The notes under the pieces were generated by a model, which made no database searches, was not told the DNA's origin, and saw only the letters and a list, made by a program, of their open reading frames with translations. A stretch of DNA of 64,000 nt from the NCBI GenBank assembly GCA_963840455.1, contig CAWIYV010000009.1, positions 192,001-256,000 of the forward strand, written 5' to 3'. How positions within the stretch are numbered: the first letter of the stretch is position 1; each line of letters opens with the position of its first letter. Below are positions 11,216 through 22,070 of the stretch, piece by piece. The position numbers and the translations under genes were made by a program. Source of the DNA: Nitrospirota bacterium. GTDB taxonomy: Bacteria; Nitrospirota; UBA9217.

Positions 11216-12132
11216 GCGGACGGAATCCTTTCGAGCGGGAGTCGGTCCTTGCCCCGCTGATGCTGGCCCCCATAGCGCTCTACATGGTCCTCCTCGTCGG
11301 GTTTCCCTTCCTCATGGCCTTCGTCTACAGCTTCAGCAATGTCACGGTGGGGAATCCCGAGTTCCATATGGTCGGTTTCAGAAATTTCGCTGCCGTTCTC
11401 CGCGATCCGGCGTTCCGGCATTCCCTGATGAACACCTGCATATTCACCTTCTCGTCCATCGGCCTGGTCCTCGTGCTTTCGAACATGCTGACCGAGCTCC
11501 TGATGCGCGAGTTCCGCTTCAAATGGCTTGTCCGGTTCCTGATTATGCTGCCCTGGACAGCTCCGATCGCGCTGGGGACCATCGGCTATCTCTGGTTCCT
11601 CGATTCGGTGTTCAGCCCCCTCGATTGGCTGCTCAGGAGGTGGGGGCTTCTCGGAACGCCGCAGGCCCTGCTGGGCCCCGCGAGCAACATGTACTGGCTC
11701 GGGAGGCCGGGGCTGGCCATGGCCTCGGTCATTCTCGTCCATGTATGGAGGCTGCTGCCCCTTGCTACGATGATCCGCATCGCCGGAATGAACTCGATCC
11801 CCCGGGATGTCATCGAAGCTGCCCAGGTGGACGGCGCCGGCTACTACCGGCGTCTGTTCCACATTGTCCTGCCGCTCCTGCTGCCCGTGATCAGTGTGAC
11901 CGTGCTTTTTTCCACACTGTTCACCTTCACGGACATGACCGTGGTATGGGTCCTCACCAAGGGCGGTCCGCCTGACAACAACACGCAGGTCCTTGCGAGC
12001 CTGGCGTTCTTGAAAGGCATCCAGGGTGGTGACCTTGCCGAAGGTGCGGCTGTCGCGCTGTTCTTCTTTCCCGTGCTGGCAGGCGTGGCTATGGTCGTGC
12101 TGCGGATCGCGAAGAAGGCGGTTGTGACGTAG
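11212..12132 (+). CDS. Sugar ABC transporter permease, MalF-like
   Basis: EAAQVDGA EAA loop; multiple TM segments. Confidence 0.92.
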   Translation: MSGRNPFERESVLAPLMLAPIALYMVLLVGFPFLMAFVYSFSNVTVGNPEFHMVGFRNFAAVLRDPAFRHSLMNTCIFTFSSIGLVLVLSNMLTELLMREFRFKWLVRFLIMLPWTAPIALGTIGYLWFLDSVFSPLDWLLRRWGLLGTPQALLGPASNMYWLGRPGLAMASVILVHVWRLLPLATMIRIAGMNSIPRDVIEAAQVDGAGYYRRLFHIVLPLLLPVISVTVLFSTLFTFTDMTVVWVLTKGGPPDNNTQVLASLAFLKGIQGGDLAEGAAVALFFFPVLAGVAMVVLRIAKKAVVT

Positions 12133-12238
12133 GGGAGAAGACACGGGGACAGGAACAACCACTTGGAAGAACGGAAGAAGCCTGATCAGGAACCTTCCGA
12201 AGTCGATCGGTTCCTTCCCTGTCTGAGGGCCTAAATCC

Positions 12239-13078
12239 ATGCTGAAAAAGATATTCTCAAAAAGCTATTTCACCATCGGTCTGGGCTTTTTCCTGGTCTT
12301 TTCCGCAGCGCCGTTCTACGTCATGCTGATCACGATGTTCAAGAAAAGCCACGACCTCTTCAGCCCGACCAACAATCCGTTCTGGCTGAACGAAGGCATC
12401 ACGTTTGAACATCTCGACCTGCTGTTCAATCAGACGTTGTTCACCCGGTTCCTCCTGAACACCCTGGTGGTCGGGCTTGCCGTCGTGGTGATCACCGTGC
12501 TGCTGGCGGTTCCGGCGGCGCTCAGCCTGGCGCGTCTGGCAGGCAGGTGGGGGGAGAGCGTCGGCATCGGGATCTTCCTTACCTATCTGGTGCCGCCAAC
12601 GCTGCTGTTCATTCCGCTTTCGCGGATCGTGTCGATCCTCGGCCTGCAGAACTCGCTCTGGTCCCTCGTCCTCGTGTATCCCACCTTCACCGTTCCGTTC
12701 TGCACGTGGCTGCTCATGAGCTTCTTCAAGGCGATCCCGAAGGACATTGAGGAGCAGGCCCTCGTGGACGGCTGCAGCAGGGTCGGCGCAATGGCACGCA
12801 TTCTTCTCCCACTATCCGTGCCCGGCATCATCACGGTCATCGTGTTCTCCTTTACGCTCGTTGCGCACGAGTACATCTACGCGCTCTCCTTCATTCAGGA
12901 TTCGGCAAAGAAGACCATCGGCATCGGCATGACCACGGAACTGGTGCGTGGAGATGTGTTCTATTGGGGTGCGCTGATGGGCGGCGCGCTGATCGCGAGC
13001 ATTCCCGTATCCATCCTCTACACGCTGTTCCTTGACCGGATCATCTCCGGACTCGCCCTGGGAGGGGCGAGGAAGTAG
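12239..13078 (+). CDS. Sugar ABC transporter permease, MalG-like
   Basis: IPKDIEEQALVDG loop; multiple TM segments. Confidence 0.92.
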   Translation: MLKKIFSKSYFTIGLGFFLVFSAAPFYVMLITMFKKSHDLFSPTNNPFWLNEGITFEHLDLLFNQTLFTRFLLNTLVVGLAVVVITVLLAVPAALSLARLAGRWGESVGIGIFLTYLVPPTLLFIPLSRIVSILGLQNSLWSLVLVYPTFTVPFCTWLLMSFFKAIPKDIEEQALVDGCSRVGAMARILLPLSVPGIITVIVFSFTLVAHEYIYALSFIQDSAKKTIGIGMTTELVRGDVFYWGALMGGALIASIPVSILYTLFLDRIISGLALGGARK

Positions 13079-13379
13079 TTCCTCAGGTACGAAAGGAGTT
13101 TGCAGCCGGTGTATGCAGAGCGAACAGCTGTTCCCGCCGAATCACCCGAATGTCAGCAGCTCGGACCCCGGGCAATATGTTCCTTCGTGTCAAACATCTA
13201 TCGATCATAGATGCGTTTACATTCGCAGGAAGCGTTCAGCGTCAATTGCGGTCTGCGCGAAGGAAGGGGGGGCGTTTTCGGCTTGCTTCCGGCCGCGGCC
13301 CCGTGCTATGCTTGAACGTGTTCGTGAACGCCTGTCCTCGTTGATGACGTACATTCCATCTGTCAGGGAGGTAATCACC

Positions 13380-14354
13380 GTGAAAAAACTCTCACTCGTT
13401 CTCTTCTGTCTGATGTTGCTGGGTGCGCCGCTGGCGCATGCTGCAGACGTGTATCCCTCAAAAGTGATCACCATCATCGTGCCCTTCTCCGCGGGAGGAC
13501 CGACCGACACGTCGGCCCGGCTGCTCGCCCAGTACATGGGCGCGGCGCTCAAGACCCAGGTCATCGTGGAAAATGTGGCCGGCGCCGGTGGCACCATCGC
13601 TGCAGCGCGGGTCGCCGGTTCTCCGCCGGACGGGTACACGGTCTTTTTCCATCATATCGGCTTCTCAACGGCCCCCTCGCTGTATCGCAAGCTGCCCTAT
13701 GACACGATCAAGGATTTCGAGCCCATCGGGATGGTCGGTGATGTGGCAATGACACTGGTAGCACGGAAGGATTTCCCTGCCAAGGATCTCAAGGAGCTGA
13801 TCGCATACGTCAAGGCCAACAAGGACAAGGTCAATCTTGCCAATGCCGGGCTGGGCGCGGCCTCGCATTTGTGCGGGATGCTCTTCATGAGCGCGATCCA
13901 GACGGAATTCACCACCATACCCTACAAGGGCACGGGCCCGGCCATGAACGACCTTCTTGGCGGCCAGGTGGACTTCATGTGCGACCAGACCAGCAACACC
14001 ATAAGCCAGATCAAGGCCGGCAAGATCAAGGTCTACGGCGTGACGACGAAGACGCGCGTGGATGCACTTCCTGACGTGCCGACGATGCAGGAAGCCGGAT
14101 TGCCGGGCTTCGAGGTCTCGGTGTGGCAGGGCCTGTATGTGCCGAAGGGGACGCCGAAGCCGATCATTGAAACGCTCACTAGGGCATTGCAGACAGCGCT
14201 GGCGGATCCCACCCTGAAGCAGCGTTTTGTTGAACTGGGCACGGTCGCGGCCAGCAAGGAAATGGCAACGCCCGATGCGCTGCGGAAACACCTCAAGGCC
14301 GAGATCGACAAGTGGGCGCCGATCATCAAGAAGGCCGGCGTTTACGCGGATTAA
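13380..14354 (+). CDS. tctC: Tripartite tricarboxylate transporter substrate-binding protein (Bug/TctC)
   Basis: IVPFSAGGPTD, VENVAGAGG, PYKGTGPA; GGAGG upstream of GTG 13380; signal peptide. Confidence 0.92.
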   Translation: MKKLSLVLFCLMLLGAPLAHAADVYPSKVITIIVPFSAGGPTDTSARLLAQYMGAALKTQVIVENVAGAGGTIAAARVAGSPPDGYTVFFHHIGFSTAPSLYRKLPYDTIKDFEPIGMVGDVAMTLVARKDFPAKDLKELIAYVKANKDKVNLANAGLGAASHLCGMLFMSAIQTEFTTIPYKGTGPAMNDLLGGQVDFMCDQTSNTISQIKAGKIKVYGVTTKTRVDALPDVPTMQEAGLPGFEVSVWQGLYVPKGTPKPIIETLTRALQTALADPTLKQRFVELGTVAASKEMATPDALRKHLKAEIDKWAPIIKKAGVYAD

Positions 14355-14482
14355 TAGCGAAAGTAGGTTATTTGACACTGGGGACACTGAATAGGAATTA
14401 GGAAGGATGGTGCTGTTTCATAAGCTTCATCGGCCTTACTCCGTGTTCTCAGTGTCGGTACCTTCGAATTTCACGGGAGACC

Positions 14483-14938
14483 ATGACGTCACGCAACCCC
14501 AAAGATCTCTGGACCGGGATCATCTATATCTTCGTTGGCGCGGCCGCTATCTTCATCGCCCGTGACTATGGCCTGGGCACTCCTCGCAAGATGGGCCCGG
14601 CTTTCTTTCCCGCCGCTCTCAGCATTATCCTGATTGTGATCGGCATCATTTCCCTGGTCCGCTCATTTCTCCGGCCGGGCACACCGGTCGGCAGGATGGC
14701 GTTCAAGGGCCTCCTGCTGGTCACTGGCGCAACGGTCCTCTTCGGCCTTATCGTCCGCGGGGCAGGACTGATCATCGCGATGCCCGTCCTGGTCATCGTA
14801 AGCGCCTATGGGAGCGACAAATTCAGCTGGCGGACATCGATCGTCATGGCGGTCGTGCTCACCGCGTTCTGCATCCTCATCTTTCTGAAAGGACTGGGGA
14901 TCCCGCTTCCCATCTTCGGCTCATGGTTCGGCGGATGA
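14483..14938 (+). CDS. tctB: Tripartite tricarboxylate transporter small permease
   Basis: MGPAFFP motif, 4-5 TM segments, lies between tctC and tctA. Confidence 0.9.
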   Translation: MTSRNPKDLWTGIIYIFVGAAAIFIARDYGLGTPRKMGPAFFPAALSIILIVIGIISLVRSFLRPGTPVGRMAFKGLLLVTGATVLFGLIVRGAGLIIAMPVLVIVSAYGSDKFSWRTSIVMAVVLTAFCILIFLKGLGIPLPIFGSWFGG

Positions 14939-15170
14939 CCCGTGAGACTCTTGAGGGGACTTCTAAAAAATAGTTTTTCGCGCGACCAAAAGTAGGCGTT
15001 TATCAGCGATACTTCAAGGCCGTAAAGAAAGGCTGAATCATTGGTTGTTAGACCAGGACCTAGGCGCTCCTTGGCGCCCTTTGCGGATCAGCGCGGCCCT
15101 CTTTTGGCCATTGCGTGAGAAGATTTTAGCTTTTGCTTTGATGCCGGCTTGTCCGGATTAGGAAAGTCCT

Positions 15171-16673
15171 ATGGATCTTCTTGCAAATCTTGGCCTAGGT
15201 TTCGCTACCGCCATCACCCCGACGAACCTGCTGTACTGCTTCATGGGTGTTTTTCTCGGCACCCTGATCGGGGTGTTGCCCGGCCTCGGGCCGACCGCCA
15301 CCATCGCCATGCTGCTGCCGGTCACGTTTACCCTGCCGCCGATCTCCGCCCTGATCATGCTTGCGGGCATCTACTACGGCTCCCAGTACGGCGGTTCCAC
15401 GACCTCCATCCTGGTCAATGTGCCGGGCGAAGCAGCCTCGGTGGTCACGACGCTTGACGGGTATCAGATGGCGCGCCAGGGGCGGGCCGGCGTGGCCCTG
15501 ACCGCTGCGGCCATCGGCTCTTTCTTTGCCGGCACGGTCGCCACGTTCCTGCTCGCCCTGTTCGCACCGCCGCTCGCCGAGGTGGCGCTCAAGTTTGGCC
15601 CGGCCGACTATTTTTCGCTCATGGTGCTCGGCCTGCTCGCCTCGGTGGTGCTGGCCCAGGGCTCGCTGCTGCACGCCATCGGCATGGTCGTGCTCGGCCT
15701 GCTCCTCGGGCTGGTCGGCACGGACGTCAATTCCGGAGCGCAGCGGTTCTCCTTTGGCATCCCCGAGCTGGCCGATGGCATCGGGTTCGTGGTGGTAGCC
15801 ATGGGCATGTTCGGGCTCGCCGAGATCATTCGCAATCTGGAGCGCGAAGAGGACGGGACTGCGGAGGTGACGAAGATCACCAGCCTGATGCCGACGAAAG
15901 AGGACTGGAAACGGATGGTCGCACCGATCCTGCGCGGCACCGCCATCGGCTCGGCGCTCGGCATCCTGCCCGGCAGCGGCTCCATCCTGGGGGCCTTTGC
16001 CGCCTACTCGATCGAGAAGAAGGTATCGAAGCACGGAGCCGAGTTCGGCAGGGGCGCCATCGAGGGTGTTGCCGCGCCGGAGTCGGCAAACAACGCGGGC
16101 GCCCAGACCTCGTTCATCCCCATGCTGACCCTGGGCATTCCTTCCAATCCCGTAATGGCGCTCATGGTCGGCGCGATGATCATCCAGGGCATCCAACCCG
16201 GCCCCTCGGTGATCAACGAACAACCGGCGTTGTTCTGGGGCATCATCGCATCCATGTGGATCGGCAACCTGTTCCTGATCATCCTGAACCTGCCGCTGAT
16301 CGGGATGTGGGTGCGGATCATCATGATACCCTACCATATACTGTTCCCGGCGATCCTTGTGTTCTGCGGCATCGGCGTCTTCAGTCTGAAGAACACCGTG
16401 TTCGACATCCATCTCATGGCGCTCTTCGGCATGCTGGGCTACCTGTTCGTCAAGCTGGACTGCGAACCGGCGCCCATGCTGCTCGCCTTTATCCTCGGGC
16501 CCATGATGGAAGAGTATCTGCGCCGGGCCCTGCTGCTCTCGCGCGGCGATCCTATGGTCTTCATCACCCGCCCCATCAGCGCGACCCTGCTCGGCCTCGG
16601 CGTGCTGGCGATCATTGCCGCGAGCATCCCTGCGCTGTACAGGAAGCGTGAAGAAGCCTTCCGCGAGGAGTAA
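15171..16673 (+). CDS. tctA: Tripartite tricarboxylate transporter large permease
   Basis: GVLPGLG, YYGSQYGG, EGVAAPESANNA, LTLGIP. Confidence 0.95.
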   Translation: MDLLANLGLGFATAITPTNLLYCFMGVFLGTLIGVLPGLGPTATIAMLLPVTFTLPPISALIMLAGIYYGSQYGGSTTSILVNVPGEAASVVTTLDGYQMARQGRAGVALTAAAIGSFFAGTVATFLLALFAPPLAEVALKFGPADYFSLMVLGLLASVVLAQGSLLHAIGMVVLGLLLGLVGTDVNSGAQRFSFGIPELADGIGFVVVAMGMFGLAEIIRNLEREEDGTAEVTKITSLMPTKEDWKRMVAPILRGTAIGSALGILPGSGSILGAFAAYSIEKKVSKHGAEFGRGAIEGVAAPESANNAGAQTSFIPMLTLGIPSNPVMALMVGAMIIQGIQPGPSVINEQPALFWGIIASMWIGNLFLIILNLPLIGMWVRIIMIPYHILFPAILVFCGIGVFSLKNTVFDIHLMALFGMLGYLFVKLDCEPAPMLLAFILGPMMEEYLRRALLLSRGDPMVFITRPISATLLGLGVLAIIAASIPALYRKREEAFREE

Positions 16674-16710
16674 CGAATCCGCCCTGTCCGGCGCTCAACC
16701 GGTCCCGTCC

Positions 16711-17148
16711 ATGATCATCTATCGCCAGATCTCCACGCACGACCCTGAATACGCCCAGGAAAAGGAACTACGGAACCGGGTCCTGCGCATGCCACTTGGC
16801 CTTACGCTGTCGGAACAGGACCTGCGGGGAGAGGACAGACAGATCCACGTGGCTGCGGTGGATGAGCGGGGAGCTGTGATTGGATGTGTGCTCGTCGCCT
16901 TTACCGAGAAGGGGGCAAAGATCAGGCAGATCGCGATCGAAAAAGGACACAGGGGAAGGGGGATCGGAACAAAGCTGATGACAGGCGCCGAGCAGATCGT
17001 ACGTGACAGGAATCTCGGTTCGGTGACGCTCCATGCGCGGCAGACCGCCCGGCGATTCTTTGAGAAGCTTGGCTATGCAGCGGTGTCCGATGTATTCACC
17101 GAAGTGACGATACCGCATGTCAGAATGGAAAAGACCCTATTCGATTAG
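16711..17148 (+). CDS. GNAT N-acetyltransferase
   Basis: LRNRVLR, RGRGIG acetyl-CoA motif, FFEKLGY, IPHVRMEK. Confidence 0.88.
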   Translation: MIIYRQISTHDPEYAQEKELRNRVLRMPLGLTLSEQDLRGEDRQIHVAAVDERGAVIGCVLVAFTEKGAKIRQIAIEKGHRGRGIGTKLMTGAEQIVRDRNLGSVTLHARQTARRFFEKLGYAAVSDVFTEVTIPHVRMEKTLFD

Positions 17149-17177
17149 CAGGATATCGAGAAAGAGGGGAACACCGT

Positions 17178-18617
17178 ATGGATGCTCTCCTTACAAAACG
17201 CAATACCCTTGTAGCCATTGCTCTGCTTGTTCTTTGGAAAATATACCTTTCCGCGACCCTGCAGCTGCATCCCGATGAAGCATACTACTGGCTTTGGTCA
17301 AGGCACCTGGACCTCGGTTATTTTGATCACCCGCCCCTTGTCGCCTATCTCATAAGGCTTACCACCCTTCTTTCCCGACAGGAACTCTGGGTGCGCTTCA
17401 GCGGCATACTGGAGACCCTCATCGTCAGTGCATTGGCCTGGACGCTTTCGCTCCAGCTGTCGAACGACAGGAAGATCGCCGCCGCGAGCATCATTACACT
17501 GATTGTCATGCCGCTCACCCTGGTCGGGTCGGTCGTCATCACTCCTGATGTCCCCGTTTTTCTTTTTTTCAGCGCGGGCATCCTTGCGTACTGGCAGATC
17601 GTGTCCTCCGGGAAAGCGCGATACTGGTATTTCCTGGGCGTTGCATTCGGCCTGGCACTGCTGTCAAAATATACCGCGTTCTTGCTGGCGCCGTCGCTGC
17701 TGCTGTTCACGATCTTTACCGATGAAAGAAAGTGGCTGAGAACGATCCATCCCTATGCCGGTTTTCTATTAGGATGCGCATTCTTCCTTCCGGTCGTCTA
17801 CTGGAACAGCATCCACCAGTGGGCCTCCTTTGCCTTTCAATTCCAGCATGGCCTTGGCGGAAGCGGTTATAGCCCGGGAAAGGTCTTTGCCTTCATTGGA
17901 GGGCAGATGCTCGTGGCCGGCCCGTTGCTCTTTTTGGCGGGAGCCTATGCGTCGGTCATCTTCCTTTTCCAAAAGAACAAGGAAAAGCTGTTCCTGAGCC
18001 TTACCTCTCTTCCGGTGCTGCTCTTTTTTGCCTATTCGTCATTGAAAAGAACGGCTGCGCCCAATTGGCCATGCTGCGCCTATTTCACCTTCAGCATCCT
18101 CGTCAGCCATTATCTTCTCGATGGTTCGAAAATAAAAGGGCGCATCTGGATGATCGGCGTTATCCTCAGCCTGCTGTTGTCCATTACTGCAGGGCTTCAC
18201 ACGCGCTTCGGTGCCATTCCTTTGGAGAGGATATCAAAGGACCTGAGGGAGGCGGATGCGACCAACTGGTTCTACGGATGGAAGGAAGTCGCCCGGGAAC
18301 TGGAAAAAGACCCTTCCGCAAAAGTAGCCTTTACTGATACGAGCCAAATGGCTGCGGAGATCAGCTACTACACACAAGAAAGGATCATCGGCTACGTCGA
18401 CCGCCGGCATTTCGGCGGAGGGCAATACGGATACTGGGATCTCCCGGACAACTTGCGGGACAAGAACGGCGTCTGCATTTCCTATCGGGAGAGGTCCGAT
18501 GCTCTTCCGTGCTCGGATTATTTCACCTCCGTTGGGAAGACCGCGGCGTTCACTATCATGAGGGACGGATTCCCGATACGAACCTACCGGATCGCTCACG
18601 GTGAGGGATGCAAGTGA
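17178..18617 (+). CDS. GT-C fold glycosyltransferase, GT39/ArnT-like
   Basis: DEAYYWLWS, YFDHPP, ITPDVP, GLALLSKYT; many TM segments. Confidence 0.88.
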   Translation: MDALLTKRNTLVAIALLVLWKIYLSATLQLHPDEAYYWLWSRHLDLGYFDHPPLVAYLIRLTTLLSRQELWVRFSGILETLIVSALAWTLSLQLSNDRKIAAASIITLIVMPLTLVGSVVITPDVPVFLFFSAGILAYWQIVSSGKARYWYFLGVAFGLALLSKYTAFLLAPSLLLFTIFTDERKWLRTIHPYAGFLLGCAFFLPVVYWNSIHQWASFAFQFQHGLGGSGYSPGKVFAFIGGQMLVAGPLLFLAGAYASVIFLFQKNKEKLFLSLTSLPVLLFFAYSSLKRTAAPNWPCCAYFTFSILVSHYLLDGSKIKGRIWMIGVILSLLLSITAGLHTRFGAIPLERISKDLREADATNWFYGWKEVARELEKDPSAKVAFTDTSQMAAEISYYTQERIIGYVDRRHFGGGQYGYWDLPDNLRDKNGVCISYRERSDALPCSDYFTSVGKTAAFTIMRDGFPIRTYRIAHGEGCK

Positions 18618-18890
18618 TCTCCGGGGCAGAGACCGGCAGAGGGGTCCGCGCATGCGGCTATTGGAGCCTGGAGAGATCATTCGGGCGATGCTGCCCGCGA
18701 CGAAGAAAGAGTTGTAAGAGAATAGCAAACGATCTATCATCAGGTAGTAAAAAAATTTGCATTATATTCTCTCCGGTAGATACTCTAATAAAACCTCTCC
18801 GCTTAATGCGATAGTATAGATGTGCTAACGATTGTGACAGATTCGATTTATAAAGTGGAATACGGGAATCAGTTGTCGAACGAGAGGTGC

Positions 18891-18956
18891 TTCCTGAAAT
18901 ATTGAAGTTTCCATTCCGTGTAATCTTCGATGTTTCATTCAGTAATAAGTAATCTC
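18891..18956. repeat. ~65-bp imperfect direct repeat, copy 1
   Basis: TTCCTGAA..TTGAAG..GTTTCATTCAGTAAT..GTAATCTC, also at 20581-20647. Confidence 0.65.
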
Positions 18957-19063
18957 ATTCGTGGAAATTGACAACTCCTCTTGCCTATGTTTTGGATTGA
19001 TCTTCGGGATTCAGTCAAGGATATCCTTCAGGAATCTCCGAAGGTTTTCACATCTCCTTCAAT

Positions 19064-20482
19064 TCAGGGCAGTTCCTTAAGGACCTTCTCCGCAGCGATT
19101 TGTGCTTCATGAACGCAGTCACCGATTCCGAGGCCCTTGTACGAACATCCGATGCACGAGAGCCCGGGATGGGCAGCAAGGGATCGGTCGATGCGTGCCA
19201 TCCTGTCGAGGTGTCCCACGGTATATTTCGGCATTCCCTTGACCCATCGGTACACCCGGGAGAACATCGCGTCCGCCCTGATGCCCGCGATCGTATCCAG
19301 CTCCTCCAGGACCGTCTTCACCAGTCCATCATCGTCGAGGTTCTGAACGAGCTCCTCATGATGCCCTCCGCCGACGAAGCCACGGATGAGAACCTGGTCA
19401 TTGGGAGCACGGAAGGACCATTTGATGGAACAATAGGTCGCCGCGTTGATCCTCCTGCCCTCCGTGCGTGGCACGATGAAACCGAACCCTTTGAGCGGCA
19501 CTGACAGGTCCTCTCGCCGGAAGGCTACGGATACCGTTGCCGAGGATGACCAGTCGATGCCGTTCAGCTGGACAGCGAGGTTTGTGTCGAAGCCCATGAT
19601 CATCCGGGCGGTGTCGAACGACGCCGTGCCGAGCATGACGGCATCAGCGTCCAGGGTCTCGCCATTCTCGAGGATGACCGTATATCCCTTTCGCTTTGGC
19701 TCCACGACCCTGACACCGGCGCCGGTCCTGACCGATCCCTTTCCGAGATACTCCACGCAGGCGTCCGAGAGCGTCTGCATGCCGTTCTTGAAGCTCATGA
19801 AGAAGGTCATCCTCGGCGCGCCGGGCTTCGGCGGCGGAGCTGACGGGCGATTTTTCATCGCCGAGAGCATACCGAGGATCAGACTTCCGCTCTTCTGCTC
19901 CATCTGGGCAAAGCGCGGGAATGTAGCGAGCACGCTCATGTTGTCCGGATTGGACGTATGGATGCCTGCTACGAGCGGTTCGGCGATCTTGTCGAGACAT
20001 TCGCGACCCAGCCTGCGCGTCACGAACTCGGCGAGGCTTTCGTCGGCGTGAGACTTTCGACGGGGAATGAATACCTCCATACCCATCCGCAGCTTCCCCG
20101 GCCATGAGATGAGACGTGACGTGACCATCGGCCAGAACATGGTCGGCACCATAAGCATCACGCCTTCCGGCAGCGGATGGAGTTGCTTCCCGGAGAACAG
20201 ATAGGTGCCCTTGAACTGTTCGTTCGTGGACAGCATCTCCGGTCCGAGACCGAGCTGACGGGCGAGGTCCACGGTCCAGGCCTTTTCAGGAAGGAAACTG
20301 TCCGGGCCGCCTTCAATGATAAGAGGGCCAATCTTTTCCGTGATGAACTTGCCGCCGATGCGATCGTCCTTTTCGAGAAGGAGGACAGCGACCTCCTTCC
20401 CTTGAGCTGCTGCCCCAGACTTCAGATGCACGGCAGCTGCCAATCCCGCGATACCACCGCCTACGATAATGACCTTCGGCAT
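19064..20482 (-). CDS. hemG: Protoporphyrinogen/coproporphyrinogen oxidase, HemY type
   Basis: IVGGGIAGL FAD motif, EGGPDSF, GFGFIVP, MPKYTVGH, GLGIGDC. Confidence 0.92.
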   Translation of the reverse strand: MPKVIIVGGGIAGLAAAVHLKSGAAAQGKEVAVLLLEKDDRIGGKFITEKIGPLIIEGGPDSFLPEKAWTVDLARQLGLGPEMLSTNEQFKGTYLFSGKQLHPLPEGVMLMVPTMFWPMVTSRLISWPGKLRMGMEVFIPRRKSHADESLAEFVTRRLGRECLDKIAEPLVAGIHTSNPDNMSVLATFPRFAQMEQKSGSLILGMLSAMKNRPSAPPPKPGAPRMTFFMSFKNGMQTLSDACVEYLGKGSVRTGAGVRVVEPKRKGYTVILENGETLDADAVMLGTASFDTARMIMGFDTNLAVQLNGIDWSSSATVSVAFRREDLSVPLKGFGFIVPRTEGRRINAATYCSIKWSFRAPNDQVLIRGFVGGGHHEELVQNLDDDGLVKTVLEELDTIAGIRADAMFSRVYRWVKGMPKYTVGHLDRMARIDRSLAAHPGLSCIGCSYKGLGIGDCVHEAQIAAEKVLKELP

Positions 20483-20580
20483 AATCTCTCCTTCATAGAG
20501 GCGGATTGTACACAGACAACCGAAAAGCAGATAGGGAATGCCTTCTTGATTATAGATTATAGCAGTCTCCGTTACACTTG

Positions 20581-20647
20581 TTCCTGAACTCGTTGAAGAT
20601 GCAATTCTCTGCAATATTCAGAGTTTCATTCAGTAATTCGTAATCTC
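20581..20647. repeat. ~65-bp imperfect direct repeat, copy 2
   Basis: Matches 18891-18956. Confidence 0.65.
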
Positions 20648-20826
20648 CTCAACTACCACGCTTCTCGCGGAGAGCCGGGATCACGAGTGGATTGAAGAAT
20701 CCCGGTTGTCGCTTGCCGTGTGTGATCCTTCCTGTAGTTCGCAGAAGGCTTACCGGCAACAAACTCACGGGAAATGAGCTATACTTTATAAAAGTCTTTT
20801 TGCATTAACTAAAGGAGGGAGTAGCC

Positions 20827-21258
20827 ATGAAAAAGATTCTGGTAGTAACCGCAGTGGTAATTGGTCTAGCGGCGGCGACGGCATTAGCCCAGATGGGCGG
20901 CGGTGGCGGAACGGGAAGCCAGCAGCCACAGCAGCCGGGAGGCATGATGGGTTCTCAGCAGTCACAGCAGATGATGGGCAGCCAGATGATGAACCAGCAG
21001 ATGATGCGTAACATGTCCGGCATGATGACGGACATGAACAGCATGATGCAGAAGATGTCCGGCGCCATGCAATCGGGGTCCATGGACCACACGAAGACGA
21101 TGAACATGTCGAAAGTGATGGATAATATGTCCCTCAACATGAAGGAAATGTCTAAGCAGATGGCAAAAGGGACCATGAATGAGGCGCAAATGAAGAAGAT
21201 GCAGGAGCGAATGAAGGATATGAATAAAATGATGGAGTCGATCGAGAAAGGAAAATAA
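20827..21258 (+). CDS. Exported methionine-rich protein, possible Cu/Ag-binding
   Basis: AGGAGG RBS, signal peptide ending ALA-Q, about 33 Met in 143 aa. Confidence 0.75.
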   Translation: MKKILVVTAVVIGLAAATALAQMGGGGGTGSQQPQQPGGMMGSQQSQQMMGSQMMNQQMMRNMSGMMTDMNSMMQKMSGAMQSGSMDHTKTMNMSKVMDNMSLNMKEMSKQMAKGTMNEAQMKKMQERMKDMNKMMESIEKGK

Positions 21259-21347
21259 CCATGCGCTGGCGTGTGAACGGCTTGGTTGAACATCACCGCG
21301 GATTGGCTGACAGGTCCGGCAGAAAACAGGCAGCACAAGGTTCAGGC

Positions 21348-22070
21348 ATGATTCACACGCTTTTTGTTTTGATCGTGATCGGGATTATGCCTGTGACAGC
21401 CTGGGCTGCCGAAGGCCGGGGGTATCTTGATATGAACGGCGGGTATAAGACCGGCAGTTTTGGGACCCCGACCAAAACCGAGCTTTTTTATTTGTCGCCA
21501 ATACTGGGGTATGTTACGCCGGGCTATGATGTAAGCATCACAATTCCCTATCTCTTTCAGACCAGCACAACCGCCGGACAGTCAACCACAGAAGAGGGGA
21601 TTGGCGATATCTATCTTTTCGGCGGCTATGTGTTCTTACCTGAGAAACACAACGGATATTCCCTTTACGGTTCCGTTTCCGTCAAGCTTCCCACCGCGAA
21701 CAAAGATAAGGGATTGGGGACTGGAGAAACGGATTATGGCGGATTCTTGGGCGCTGGGAAACGGATTGGCCAGAATCGGTTCACTTTTTCAGCCGGTTAT
21801 ATATTTGTTGGTAGTCCTGCGGGTGTAAACTATAACAATGTCTATGTTTACGATATTGGGTATGCGAGGATTTTCGCCCTTACGGAGCTTTTGGTATGGT
21901 ATGAAGGCAGGGGAGCAATGGTCTCAGGCGCAAAAAACCCGCAGGAGATTAACGTCGGGTTCTTTCACATTCTCAATAAAGACTACTCCATCAAGGGAAG
22001 CTCTTTTGTAGGGCTAAACAACGGAGGGCCAGACTTTGGACTTAATCTGGGGCTGGTCAGATGGTTTTAA
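21348..22070 (+). CDS. Outer-membrane beta-barrel/transporter-like protein
   Basis: Signal peptide (AWA), GIGDI, VKLPTA, GLGTGETD, aromatic/Gly alternation, C-terminal Phe. Confidence 0.65.
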   Translation: MIHTLFVLIVIGIMPVTAWAAEGRGYLDMNGGYKTGSFGTPTKTELFYLSPILGYVTPGYDVSITIPYLFQTSTTAGQSTTEEGIGDIYLFGGYVFLPEKHNGYSLYGSVSVKLPTANKDKGLGTGETDYGGFLGAGKRIGQNRFTFSAGYIFVGSPAGVNYNNVYVYDIGYARIFALTELLVWYEGRGAMVSGAKNPQEINVGFFHILNKDYSIKGSSFVGLNNGGPDFGLNLGLVRWF

